A stretch of DNA of 64,000 bases, from assembly GCA_038843015.1 (NCBI GenBank), contig JAWBSH010000003.1, positions 69,343 to 133,342 of the forward strand, read 5' to 3'. Below the pieces are notes generated by a model. That model had not been told where the DNA came from, did not search any database, and saw only the letters and a program-made list of their open reading frames with translations. A program made the position numbers and the translations under genes. Positions 33,745-43,293 of this stretch are shown piece by piece; position 1 is the stretch's first letter; every line of letters starts with the position of its first letter. This DNA is from Zestosphaera sp. (GTDB taxonomy: Archaea; Thermoproteota; Thermoprotei_A; Sulfolobales; NBVN01).

Positions 33745-36081
33745 ATGCCTGTACTGAGGTTAGTGATTGAGGGTATTGTTCAAGGAGTTGGCTTCAGACC
33801 CTTCCTTCATAGATTAGGACTGAGGCTAGGCGTGAAAGGTTATTTAAGGAACGTCGGTGGTTCAGAAGTTGAGGTTGTTGTTGAGGGGGATTACGAGACT
33901 CTCGCGAGCTTCGTTAAGAAACTAATGAGTGATAAGCCCCCTACAGCGCGTGTTGAGGGCATAGATATTGAGGTCTTGAACGACACAGGTGGCTTCAGAG
34001 ACTTCACTATACTGAGTAGTGATGTCAAAGCTATAAAGAGGTCTATGATACCCCCGGACTTCGCCATATGTGATGACTGCTTGAGAGAAGTTCTAGACCC
34101 TAGTAGTAGGAGGTATAGATACGCGTTTAATTCGTGTGCTTGGTGTGGACCTAGGTTCACGATGATGTATAGAGTACCGTACGATAGAGAAAACACTTCT
34201 ATGAGCAAGTATAGGTTGTGCGACGAGTGTTCTAGAGAATACAGCAATGTCGAGGATTTGAGGAGGTACCACGCACAAGGCATAAGTTGCCCTGCAGACG
34301 GTCCTAGACTCTGGCTAACAGACAATACGGGGGTCTTAATCGAGACTAGAGACCCTATTAAAGAGGCGTCTAAGCTTATTGAAGAAGGTTTTATAGTTGC
34401 TGTGAAAGGGATTGGGGGGTACCACGTAGCCTCTCTAGCTACGGATGACGACGTAGTTCTTAAGCTAAGGACAAGGAAGGAGAGACCTACTAAACCTTTC
34501 GCTATCATGGGTCTAGACACGCAAGTCTTGAGAGAGATAGTGATAGTTGATGAGAAAGCTGAAGAATTACTTAAGTCGCCTGAGAGACCCATAGTTTTGC
34601 TCCCTAAAAAGCAAGACTCACGAGTTTCTAAGCACGTCTCGCCGAACATGGACGTTGAGGGCGTATTCATAGCTTATACAGCGCTACACTACCTACTACT
34701 ACTTGACACACGCGACAAATTCCTCATAATGACTAGCGGCAACCCTAAAGGACAACCTATGTGTGTTAGTGAGGAATGCGTCTACGGCAAACTCAATAAA
34801 ATAGTTGATTACGTGTTAACACACGATAGAGAAATAGTTAACAGAGCAGATGACTCAGTAGTGAGATTCACTAACGGGAAGCCAGTACTGCTCAGGAGAG
34901 GTAGGGGGTATGCTCCCACCTGGATTAAGATAGGGCGCAAACTACCTAAGAATGTGATCGCTTTCGGGGCTGAGCTACAGTCTGCTGGCGCTGTAGGTTT
35001 TGAGGATAAGGTGGTATTAACCCAGTATATAGGTGATGCTGACGACCTTGATACTCTCGAGGATCTCTCGAAATACCTAAAGTTCATCATAAGTAATTAC
35101 AGGATAGACGTAAGCAAATCTATCGTTGTTATAGATAAGCACCCGCACTATAACTCGAGTCGCTTAGGGAGGTTCTACGCGCTAGACCAGGGGCTTGAGT
35201 TGCTTGAGGTGCAGCATCATTACGCTCATGCTCTAGCTACTATGGCTGACCAGAAAATACTTGGGAGACCTACCATAGCTATAGTGGTGGATGGCGTGGG
35301 TTATGGCGATGACGGAGCTATCTGGGGTGGTGAAGTCTTGACTATAAGTGAGGACCTAAGCTACAATAGAGTAGGTTTTCTCTCATACATGCCCTTCGCG
35401 GGCGACGAATCTACATACAGGCCAGCTAGGTATCTGGTCTCCAGCCTCCTCACTTTCATGAGTCCCGAAGAGGTTAAAGATGTAGCTCTAAAGCTAGGTT
35501 TTGAAAAAGGACTGAAAGATCTTGAGGAGATAGATATCTTGTACACTCTAGTTAAGCACGGCAAATATGTGAAGTCCTCGTCTACTGGAAGGTTTCTAGA
35601 CGCTATCTCCGCATTACTGGGGGTATGCTACGCGAGAACGTACGAGGGTGAGCCTGCCATAACGTTAGAAGCTTTCTCACGCGGTGGCGAGGTAGTTAAC
35701 GACTTAATCGAAGACTTTAAAGTCTCGTATTCTGATGGAGCCTACGTGATTGATTTGAAGGCATTTCTAAGTAAGGCTGTTGAGACTCTAACTAATACTG
35801 ACTTGAGGACGCGCGTGAAAGCCGATATAGGAGTTACTAGTCAGTACGGGTTAGGAGCTGCTTTAGGAAGGATAGTAGTTAAGGTGATAGACAGCGGGTA
35901 TTTCAAGCCTGACTTCATCGTCTTAGGTGGTGGTGCTGCAGTGAATGATTTCTTAGTGAGTGGAATTAGAGATTCTCTTAAAGAGCTTGAGATACCTATA
36001 CTAACGCCTGATAGAGTCCCTCTCAATGATGGTGGGGTACCTCTAGGTCAAGTAGCTTCTGTATTATCAACTCAAAAATAA
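33745..36081 (+). CDS. hypF: [NiFe] hydrogenase maturation carbamoyltransferase HypF
   Basis: Acylphosphatase domain (IEGIVQGVGFRPFLHRL), two zinc-finger pairs (CDDCLRE..CAWCGPRF, CDECSREY..CPADGPR), a YrdC-like domain and a Kae1-like domain. 778 aa. Confidence 0.9.
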   Translation: MPVLRLVIEGIVQGVGFRPFLHRLGLRLGVKGYLRNVGGSEVEVVVEGDYETLASFVKKLMSDKPPTARVEGIDIEVLNDTGGFRDFTILSSDVKAIKRSMIPPDFAICDDCLREVLDPSSRRYRYAFNSCAWCGPRFTMMYRVPYDRENTSMSKYRLCDECSREYSNVEDLRRYHAQGISCPADGPRLWLTDNTGVLIETRDPIKEASKLIEEGFIVAVKGIGGYHVASLATDDDVVLKLRTRKERPTKPFAIMGLDTQVLREIVIVDEKAEELLKSPERPIVLLPKKQDSRVSKHVSPNMDVEGVFIAYTALHYLLLLDTRDKFLIMTSGNPKGQPMCVSEECVYGKLNKIVDYVLTHDREIVNRADDSVVRFTNGKPVLLRRGRGYAPTWIKIGRKLPKNVIAFGAELQSAGAVGFEDKVVLTQYIGDADDLDTLEDLSKYLKFIISNYRIDVSKSIVVIDKHPHYNSSRLGRFYALDQGLELLEVQHHYAHALATMADQKILGRPTIAIVVDGVGYGDDGAIWGGEVLTISEDLSYNRVGFLSYMPFAGDESTYRPARYLVSSLLTFMSPEEVKDVALKLGFEKGLKDLEEIDILYTLVKHGKYVKSSSTGRFLDAISALLGVCYARTYEGEPAITLEAFSRGGEVVNDLIEDFKVSYSDGAYVIDLKAFLSKAVETLTNTDLRTRVKADIGVTSQYGLGAALGRIVVKVIDSGYFKPDFIVLGGGAAVNDFLVSGIRDSLKELEIPILTPDRVPLNDGGVPLGQVASVLSTQK

Positions 36082-36154
36082 TCATAATGAGTCCCCAAAT
36101 ATTTTTAAGCCAATCCATGCTTATGAGTCTGGGATTAAGGAAGGTGTTGAATAG

Positions 36155-36598
36155 ATGGAGAGAGTCAAGATAATCAAGTACTCACCTTGGCTAGTGCACT
36201 TCAACACCGGTGCATGCAACGGTTGCGATATTGAGGTTCTCGCGTCTATAACGCCACACTACGACCCTGAGAGATTCGGGGTTAGGCTTGCTCCTTCCGT
36301 GAGACACGGCGACGTGCTGATTGTCACAGGGGTTGTGACAAAAAAAGCTGCTGAAAGGCTTAAGAGACTCTATGAGCAAATGCCTGAACCCAAGTTTGTT
36401 GTAGCCGTAGGTGCTTGCGCTCTTAGCGGTGGTGTTTTTCACGGTTCTTACCCGGTCGTGGGCGGGGCTGATAAGGTAGTTAAGGTTGACGTCTACGTGC
36501 CTGGATGTCCGCCTAGACCAGAAGCCATACTTGAAGGCATCATTAAGTTACTCAAGAAGTTAGAGGGAGGTGATGGCGACGGGCCTAAGCCCAGTTGA
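36155..36598 (+). CDS. mbhJ: Membrane-bound hydrogenase small subunit (NuoB-like)
   Basis: CNGCDIE, GACALSGG and VPGCPPRPE cluster-binding motifs of the NuoB/MbhJ family. Confidence 0.85.
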   Translation: MERVKIIKYSPWLVHFNTGACNGCDIEVLASITPHYDPERFGVRLAPSVRHGDVLIVTGVVTKKAAERLKRLYEQMPEPKFVVAVGACALSGGVFHGSYPVVGGADKVVKVDVYVPGCPPRPEAILEGIIKLLKKLEGGDGDGPKPS

Positions 36599-37025
36599 TC
36601 TACTCAAGGAATATATGGTTAAGTCTTATACTATGAAACCTAATAGGACAGTTGTTGAGATAGAGGCGAGCAAGCTTAGAGAAGTATTTACTAAGCTGGT
36701 TGAGGCCCTAGGTAGAGAAGCTTTATATCTTGCCACTATAGAAGGCACGGACTTCCCTGAGAAGAACCTCATACGAATTGATTACTTCATTAACGTGTTT
36801 AAGCATGACACGTACTTAGTGCTCCGTGCTTACCTGCCTAGAGAGAATCCAGTCATACCGTCAGTGATTGACCTAATTCCAGGCGCTCTCGCAGGCGAGC
36901 TAGAGACTCACGACCTCTTAGGAATACTATTTGAGGGGAACAGCTACTTAAGAAGGTCTTTCTTCGTCCCGGAAGACTTATCATCTAAAGGCGTCTATCC
37001 ATTAAGGAAAGACTCAGGTGTTTAA
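36570..37025 (+). CDS. mbhK: Membrane-bound hydrogenase subunit (NuoC-like)
   Basis: 151 aa between the NuoB-like and NuoD-like genes. The ending resembles the NuoC 30-kDa family (ELETHDLLGILFEG..LRR.F). Confidence 0.7.
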   Translation: MMATGLSPVDLLKEYMVKSYTMKPNRTVVEIEASKLREVFTKLVEALGREALYLATIEGTDFPEKNLIRIDYFINVFKHDTYLVLRAYLPRENPVIPSVIDLIPGALAGELETHDLLGILFEGNSYLRRSFFVPEDLSSKGVYPLRKDSGV

Positions 37026-38217
37026 GATGGAAGCCACACACCTCATCGAGATACCAGTAACTGTTGAGATACCTGTAGGTCCTCAACACCCAGCACTACA
37101 TGAGCCCCTGTTATTGAAGCTCTACGCAGACGGAGAGAGAATAATTAAAGTTGACGTCATGACTGGTTATAATCATAGGGGTGTGGAGAAGCTAGCCGAG
37201 AAGAACTCTTTTTATAGAGACATATTTATTGTTGGGCGTGTCTGCGGTATATGCAACACAGTTCACGCTAATTGCTACGTTAGAGCACTTGAGTACATAC
37301 TCGGCGTAGACCCGCCACCTAGAGCTAAGTACTTAAGAGTTCTTGCGATGGAGCTAGAGAGAATACATAGTCATATGCTCATACTAGCTGTGACGGCAGA
37401 GCTAGCCGGATACGAGACTTTATTCATGTATTTGATGAGAGATAGAGAATACATCATGAAATCTAAGGAAATACTGACTGGACAGAGAGTAATGGCTGAT
37501 TACATGATGGTTGGCGGAGTTAGGAGAGACTTAGACGAGGTGAAGGCCTCCAGAATATTAGACATGGTTAAGAGAGTCGAGGAGAGAATAAGGTATTATC
37601 ATAGGGTTTTTCAAGAAGACGTGACAATAAACAGGAGGTTAAGAGATGCTGGTAGGATAAAACACGCAGATGCTTTAGCTCACTCCTTAGTAGGACCTGT
37701 AGCTAGGGGTTCTGGCGTTAAAACAGATGTGAGAGTTCAAGACAAGTACGACGCATACGGCGATATACCGTTTAATGTCATTACAGAAGACTATGGCGAC
37801 AGCTACGCGAGAGCTATGGTGAGGTTCGGGGAGCTCTACGAGTCTATAAACATGGTGAAGTATATCTTGACGCACTTACCTCAAGGCAATCCAGTACCTG
37901 ATGAGAAGAGATTACCCAGGAGATTCCCAGTTGACGAGTCTTACGCGGTTGTTGAAGCTCCTAGAGGCGAGTTAACATATTATGTCAGCAGTTCTGGTAG
38001 TGATAAGCCTTATAGAGTCAAGATAAGAACTCCCTCACTAAACAACATAGTTAACTCCGCTTTTGCTTACGTTGATCAGATGATAGCTGACGTGCCGATT
38101 ATTTTGGGGAGTTTTGATCCGTGCGTATCTTGTATGGAGAGAGCAGTAATAACAGATTTGAGGAGGGGCCTTAAGTATCGAGTACCTCTGAAAGCTTTAG
38201 GAGGTGTTAAGAAGTGA
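37018..38217 (+). CDS. mbhL: Membrane-bound [NiFe] hydrogenase large subunit (NuoD-like)
   Basis: Both NiFe-ligating motifs are intact: RVCGICNTVH near the N-terminus and DPCVSCMER at the C-terminus. This argues for a true hydrogenase rather than an Mbx/Mbs-type complex. Confidence 0.85.
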   Translation: MFKMEATHLIEIPVTVEIPVGPQHPALHEPLLLKLYADGERIIKVDVMTGYNHRGVEKLAEKNSFYRDIFIVGRVCGICNTVHANCYVRALEYILGVDPPPRAKYLRVLAMELERIHSHMLILAVTAELAGYETLFMYLMRDREYIMKSKEILTGQRVMADYMMVGGVRRDLDEVKASRILDMVKRVEERIRYYHRVFQEDVTINRRLRDAGRIKHADALAHSLVGPVARGSGVKTDVRVQDKYDAYGDIPFNVITEDYGDSYARAMVRFGELYESINMVKYILTHLPQGNPVPDEKRLPRRFPVDESYAVVEAPRGELTYYVSSSGSDKPYRVKIRTPSLNNIVNSAFAYVDQMIADVPIILGSFDPCVSCMERAVITDLRRGLKYRVPLKALGGVKK

Positions 38218-38621
38218 AGCCAGCTCTAATTAAAGAAGTTATTAAGGGGATCTTCGCTAAGCCAGCGACTATACAGTATCCTAAAGAACGAACTTCTATA
38301 GAGCCAGACTTTAGAGGGAGGCAATACGCAGATCTGAAGAAGTGTATTGGATGCTCTCTATGTGCTGTGGAATGTCCTGCGAACGCCATAACTATGGTTA
38401 AAGTCCCGGATGAATACGTAGTACCTAAGACTAACGCTAGGAAGATATACCCGGTAGTCAATTACTTCAGGTGTGTTTTCTGTTATAGATGTGTTACTGT
38501 CTGCCCTACAAGTGCGTATTTAATCACTAACGAGTACAGACTTGCGTCTTCAGCGCCTATAGATTCTAGTGAACTTTCTTTATCAACCACTACTAAGGTT
38601 AAGGCTGGTGATGTTCAGTGA
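38214..38621 (+). CDS. mbhN: 2x[4Fe-4S] ferredoxin subunit (NuoI-like)
   Basis: CIGCSLCAVECP and CVFCYRCVTVCP motifs. Confidence 0.8.
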   Translation: MKPALIKEVIKGIFAKPATIQYPKERTSIEPDFRGRQYADLKKCIGCSLCAVECPANAITMVKVPDEYVVPKTNARKIYPVVNYFRCVFCYRCVTVCPTSAYLITNEYRLASSAPIDSSELSLSTTTKVKAGDVQ

Positions 38622-38899
38622 ATTCTGAGCTGTATTTACTAGTGGTCTTTTGGGCGTTACCTGTCTACTTGACAGCGTTTACACTATATTCTGTGAGAGC
38701 CGTTAAGGGACCCACAATACCTGATAGCGTGTTAGCTATAGACGCCATGAGTTACGACTTAGCTGCTTTCATAACTATCTTAAGCATACTCTTCCGCTCC
38801 CCTATTTTGATAGCCGTAGCTATTGTCTTGGCTTTATGGGTATTTGCTCTAGATATTTACGTAGCTAAATATCTCGAGTCTAGAGAGATGGGTGAATGA
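38618..38899 (+). CDS. mbhB: MrpF/MnhF-like membrane subunit
   Basis: 93 aa with 3 TM helices. The VRAVKGPTIPDSVLAIDA pattern is typical of MnhF (GPT..DR..A.D). Confidence 0.6.
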   Translation: MNSELYLLVVFWALPVYLTAFTLYSVRAVKGPTIPDSVLAIDAMSYDLAAFITILSILFRSPILIAVAIVLALWVFALDIYVAKYLESREMGE

Positions 38900-39291
38900 C
38901 TATGATAGAGGAAGTCATTAACGAAATATTAATGTTCATGGGAACTTTGATGATAGTAGTAGGAGCTATAGCAGACCTTATAGGGTCTATAGGTCTACTA
39001 AGATTCCCTAACTTCTTCGTGAGGTTACATGCCGCTACTGTAGGGACTATATGGGGTGCTTTCGTCCCACTAATAGGAGCTGCTTTATTTGCGGCCGGTT
39101 ACGTCGAGTTAGGAACGTACAGGTGGTTCGTTGCGGGAGGAGCTGTAGTGACTGCTCTACTGATACTACTCTTAGGTCCTGTAGGCTCTCACGCGTTAGC
39201 CAGAGCCTCCTACAGGTCTAAAGCAGCAATTCCTCATCCACTAATTCACGACGCTCTGAAAGAGAAGTTGGGAGAAGGTGAGAAGAAATGA
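38896..39291 (+). CDS. mbhC: MrpG/MnhG-like membrane subunit
   Basis: LLRFPNFFVRLHAATVGTIWG matches the MnhG signature (R.PD...R.HA..K). Confidence 0.65.
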   Translation: MTMIEEVINEILMFMGTLMIVVGAIADLIGSIGLLRFPNFFVRLHAATVGTIWGAFVPLIGAALFAAGYVELGTYRWFVAGGAVVTALLILLLGPVGSHALARASYRSKAAIPHPLIHDALKEKLGEGEKK

Positions 39292-39578
39292 TAAATTTAA
39301 ACACGCTAACTTACTTGTTTATGGCTATAGCAGGAGTCATATCACTTATCGCAACATACTTAGCCGTCTTGGAAAGCGACTTAATTAAAGCGGTAGTTTT
39401 CTCCGCGTTACAGAGCACCGTGTATGCTATACTATTCTACTTACTAATGGCTCCTGATATAGCGTTAGTTTACATACCAGTAGCTGTAGGCTTGTATCCT
39501 GCAGTAGTTCTTTTCCTAATAAAGAAGACTGAAAAAACTGAGAGCGAGTCAGGAGAAGTAGGGGGTGACGGCAGATGA
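39288..39578 (+). CDS. Small Mbh/Mrp membrane subunit (MbhD-like)
   Basis: 96 aa with 3 TM helices, positioned before the MnhB-like gene. Assigned by size and context. Confidence 0.45.
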   Translation: MINLNTLTYLFMAIAGVISLIATYLAVLESDLIKAVVFSALQSTVYAILFYLLMAPDIALVYIPVAVGLYPAVVLFLIKKTEKTESESGEVGGDGR

Positions 39579-40408
39579 GAATTAAGAAAATCTTAGTACT
39601 GGGTAGCTTAATAATACTAGTTCTCACAATCTCTCTAGCATTCAATAGTGGTGCTCTAGGTTACTATCCGCTCCCACTACCTGGAGTCAGGTTGTTAGCT
39701 TCCTGGTATCTCTACACTACATTAAACCCGCAGTACCCCGTGTTCACGGCTATGAGTCCTGAAGCAGTCACCGCTATAGTCTGGGATTATAGAGGTCTTG
39801 ACACGTTATTTGAAACAGCTGTTTTCTTTCTAGCTATAGTAGGCGCGCTAGCTCTAATGAGAGGCATATCACTTAAGGTTGTCTTAGACAGTAAAAACGA
39901 TAATAGTGACGGCGGGTTAAGCTTGATATGCAAGACCGCAACTAAAATACTGGTACCGTTAATAATCGCGGTAAGTGCTTCTATAGCACTTCATGGTCAC
40001 CTAACACCCGGTGGGGGCTTCCAAGGAGGTTCTGCTGCGGCAGTGGCCCCCCTCCTAATCCTTGTGATTTTCTCAGTATACTTCTTACTCAGCAAAGGCG
40101 TTTCAGAGAAGCCCATGCTTGTGCTAAGGACTGTAGGTCTTTTAGGGATATACTTTACAGCCCTAGCGGCCGTCTTCATAGGACTATTCACGGGGCTCAA
40201 CGCTTATGTCTTCCAGAACCAGCCTAAATTCAACGCGCCAGTAGGACTGCCTGCTCAAATCTCAGGCGCGTTAATAAGTGGTTCATTATTCTTCTTCAAC
40301 GTTTTTGAGTATTTGGCTGTAGCAGGCGGGTTCACTTTAGTCTTCATATTGCTTTCTGTGCCTGAAGAGATAGTTAAGAGTTTTGTTAGTGGTGAGACGC
40401 ATGGTTGA
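39575..40408 (+). CDS. MnhB-domain membrane subunit (possible MbhE-MbhF fusion)
   Basis: YRGLDTLFETAVFFLAIVG is the MnhB-domain motif. At 277 aa it is about the combined size of two small Pyrococcus subunits. Confidence 0.55.
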   Translation: MRIKKILVLGSLIILVLTISLAFNSGALGYYPLPLPGVRLLASWYLYTTLNPQYPVFTAMSPEAVTAIVWDYRGLDTLFETAVFFLAIVGALALMRGISLKVVLDSKNDNSDGGLSLICKTATKILVPLIIAVSASIALHGHLTPGGGFQGGSAAAVAPLLILVIFSVYFLLSKGVSEKPMLVLRTVGLLGIYFTALAAVFIGLFTGLNAYVFQNQPKFNAPVGLPAQISGALISGSLFFFNVFEYLAVAGGFTLVFILLSVPEEIVKSFVSGETHG

Positions 40409-40808
40409 AGCAAATACTTTCTTGTTTAATGTCTTCTTATTTAGCCTATTCTTCAATGTAGGCATATCACTATATGGTGTCTTTGTAAGACCCAGTCTAA
40501 TAAAGAAGATAATTGCGTTGACAATATTCTCAGACACTGCTAACGTCTTAGCGATAGCTGTAGGTTATAGGGGGTGGCCATCACCAGAGCAGCCGCCGAT
40601 ACCTCCAGTCTTAATTGGGGTTGAGCCCTCGAGCGAAGACCTAGGACGGTTCATTAATCAAGCTGTAGACCCGCTGCCTCAGGCGCTAGTTTTAACGGCT
40701 ATAGTTATAGGTCTTGCTGTCACGCTTTTCTTAGTATTTCTCACACTACAAGTCTACAGACTCTACGGGACGACAGACGTTAGGAAAGTAGCTAAGTTGA
40801 GGGGGTGA
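40383..40808 (+). CDS. mbhG: MrpC/NuoK-like membrane subunit
   Basis: GLYGVFVRPSLIKKIIALTIFSDTANVL resembles MnhC/NuoK. 141 aa. Confidence 0.55.
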   Translation: MLVVRRMVEANTFLFNVFLFSLFFNVGISLYGVFVRPSLIKKIIALTIFSDTANVLAIAVGYRGWPSPEQPPIPPVLIGVEPSSEDLGRFINQAVDPLPQALVLTAIVIGLAVTLFLVFLTLQVYRLYGTTDVRKVAKLRG

Positions 40809-41320
40809 CTAGAGTGAGGTTTGTAGGCAAGGTTCTAGGTGTTTTCTTCTTGGTCTTTATAGTTTACGTGGTGTTTTCCGGGTCCGTATCAACATACGAC
40901 TTAATCACTGGAGCTATAGTAGCTTTAGCAACCTCACTAATAACTGCTAACCTAGTCATAAGCAACCCCAGCAAATTAATTCAGATAGAGAGGCTTGGCT
41001 GGCTCCTCATCTACTCTGTGAGGTACTTCTTCGTAGACGAGGTTAGAGCACACCTAGACGTGATGAGGAGAATACTACACCCTAAAATGCCTATAAATCC
41101 AGGGATAGTTAAGGTCCCATACGAGGTCACAAGCGATTACGCTATGCTGACTATAGCTAACTCAATAACTAACACTCCCGGCACTGTGGTAGTTGACGTG
41201 TCTCCTGAAGAAAGGGCTTTCTACGTCCACTGGATAAACGCTGTCACGACAGAACCTGCTGAGGTGAGGAAGATAGTCTCAAAAGTTTTTGAGAGTTTCG
41301 CTAAAAGAATTTTTGATTGA
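40805..41320 (+). CDS. mbhA: MrpE/MnhE-like subunit
   Basis: 171 aa. Two N-terminal TM helices are followed by a soluble domain (PGIVKVP..TSDYAMLTIANSITNTPGTVVVDV) typical of MnhE. Confidence 0.55.
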   Translation: MTRVRFVGKVLGVFFLVFIVYVVFSGSVSTYDLITGAIVALATSLITANLVISNPSKLIQIERLGWLLIYSVRYFFVDEVRAHLDVMRRILHPKMPINPGIVKVPYEVTSDYAMLTIANSITNTPGTVVVDVSPEERAFYVHWINAVTTEPAEVRKIVSKVFESFAKRIFD

Positions 41321-41331
41321 GGTGATATATA

Positions 41332-42930
41332 GTGTACTACTTAAGTATAGGTGTGTTAGTTCCTTCACTCATAGGTCTCGCATTTGTGTTGCCTTTGCTA
41401 GGAATGTTCGTAAAGAATATTAAGTTTTTCCACGTGTACGCGTCTGCCGCCTCACTATACGCGTTGATAGTAGCTATATACAACTTTAACGTAGTTGTTA
41501 GGGAAGGAGTTAAGGCCTACCCATTCGGTGGTTGGTGGCCTCCGATAGGTATATCGTATGAGGTAGACGAAGTAAACTCTCTCATAGCTTTACTAACGGC
41601 TTCAGTCATGTTCCTCATAACGTTGTATAGTACGTGGTATATTAGGGATTTAAAGGACGCACCGTACTACTACACTCTACTCTTAGGTCTTGAGGTAGGG
41701 ATGCTTGGCTGTATTTATACGGGTGATGCCTTCAACTTATTCGTCATGCTTGAGGTAATGTCTATCAGCGCTTACGCTCTAGTAGGTTTCTACAGGAATA
41801 AGCCGGAGGCTATTGAAGCTGCTATAAAATACGGGTTGTTCGGGGCTGTGGCTACGACCCTCTACTTTATAGGGTTAGTTTTTATTTACGCCTCCTTCGG
41901 GACACTCAATATGGCTGACTTAACGAATAAAGCAACTCTATTCTGGGCTCACAACTTAATTTCAGGTCCTTACTACGGTCAAGTATACGCCGCTACCGCG
42001 GTAGCTCTAGCCCTGTCGTTATGGGCCTTCACATTCAAATCAGCTGTATTCCCTAATCACTTCTGGCTTCCCGACGCACACCCCGAAGCCCCGACCCCCG
42101 TCTCAGCAGCGTTGTCAGGTCTTGTAGTAAATGTTGGTGTGTATGCCATCTTCAGATTCTTCTACACTATATTCAACCCGTTCTCCGTGTTGAGTGACCT
42201 GAGAGACTTAATGCTCTTGATAACACTCGTTCTAGGAATTGCCTCAGGACTAATAGGAGCTTTCATGATGGCAGTACAAGATGATATTAAGAGGTTGCTT
42301 GCGTACTCGACGATAAGCCATATCGGCTTAATTTTAGTGGGTCTCTCCATAGGTTCTTCTCTCTTATCTAGGCCGGGCTCGCAAGCCTTCGTGGACGGGC
42401 TCACAGGAGCTTTCTACCACTTAATAAATCATAGCATAGGTAAGTCTCTGCTCTTCCTCGCGTCAGGCGTGATAATCTACATGGCTGGAGGAACTAGAAA
42501 GCTTGATGAGCTGGGTGGGGTTGCTAGGAAAAACCCTGTGTTAGGTGTTGTGTTGGTAGTGGGTGTCCTTCAGTTACTGGGTATTCCGCCATTCGGAGGA
42601 TTCTTTAGTAAGTATCTGCTCTATGCCTCTTATCTTGAAGCAGGAGCTCCCTACATCTCAGTAATCATCAACATAGTCTCCGCAGTTTCGCTCTTAGGGT
42701 ATGTTAGGCTACTCTACGCAGCGTTCTTCACGATACCTAGGAGAGAGTTCGTGAAGACGAGTATGTTTCCCTCAATAATACTTCTAGTACTGAGTGTAGC
42801 GTGTTTGATGACGGGATTATTATCGCCTACGATTAGCGACTGGCTACGCAGGTTCGTAGAGGCAACGACTTCGAAAGAAGGAATACTTAACTACTGGCTA
42901 CAAGGATACTTAGTTTTTTGGGGTAGGTGA
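41332..42930 (+). CDS. mbhH: MrpD/NuoL-M-N-like antiporter-type subunit
   Basis: 532 aa with about 14 TM helices. Contains the conserved FWLPDAHPEAPTPVSALLSG-type motif (FWLPDAHPEAPTPVSAALSG). Confidence 0.85.
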   Translation: MYYLSIGVLVPSLIGLAFVLPLLGMFVKNIKFFHVYASAASLYALIVAIYNFNVVVREGVKAYPFGGWWPPIGISYEVDEVNSLIALLTASVMFLITLYSTWYIRDLKDAPYYYTLLLGLEVGMLGCIYTGDAFNLFVMLEVMSISAYALVGFYRNKPEAIEAAIKYGLFGAVATTLYFIGLVFIYASFGTLNMADLTNKATLFWAHNLISGPYYGQVYAATAVALALSLWAFTFKSAVFPNHFWLPDAHPEAPTPVSAALSGLVVNVGVYAIFRFFYTIFNPFSVLSDLRDLMLLITLVLGIASGLIGAFMMAVQDDIKRLLAYSTISHIGLILVGLSIGSSLLSRPGSQAFVDGLTGAFYHLINHSIGKSLLFLASGVIIYMAGGTRKLDELGGVARKNPVLGVVLVVGVLQLLGIPPFGGFFSKYLLYASYLEAGAPYISVIINIVSAVSLLGYVRLLYAAFFTIPRREFVKTSMFPSIILLVLSVACLMTGLLSPTISDWLRRFVEATTSKEGILNYWLQGYLVFWGR

Positions 42931-42936
42931 GCAGAG

Positions 42937-43287
42937 ATGACTTCACTTAATCTAGATCCCTGGACAGCTACTCTATTCTTGAGTAGCGTGTTAGTGCTCT
43001 CTTCACTCGTAATGTACTTAATTTACGTCTCGCTGTCTAGGAAGACAATACAGACAAGCTCAGAATACTCAGAGCCTTACATAGGTGGGGAATCTGTGAC
43101 TGCCATAAGGTCTGTTGATGTCTCAGTGCGTAACCTCTTCTGGGGTATAGTGAGGGGTGCTGGCCGCAGATTATACACGTTCTTAAGAGACCAGATGCAT
43201 AATGGGGTATTAAATGATTGGGGTGTGTATATGGTTACGTACATAGGCTTGCTAGTATTAGTTGCCCTCATATACTTCACGAGGTGA
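42937..43287 (+). CDS. Small Mbh membrane subunit (MbhI-like)
   Basis: 116 aa with terminal TM helices, located between the MrpD-like and NuoH-like genes. Confidence 0.4.
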   Translation: MTSLNLDPWTATLFLSSVLVLSSLVMYLIYVSLSRKTIQTSSEYSEPYIGGESVTAIRSVDVSVRNLFWGIVRGAGRRLYTFLRDQMHNGVLNDWGVYMVTYIGLLVLVALIYFTR

Positions 43288-43293
43288 TTTAAG

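Noticed and set aside
33891-34670. 259-aa ORF on the minus strand, plus several 61-93 aa minus ORFs within 33745..36081
   Set aside because: They lie entirely within hypF, whose plus-strand product has all the diagnostic domains. The antisense products are Ser/Leu-rich with no recognisable motif.
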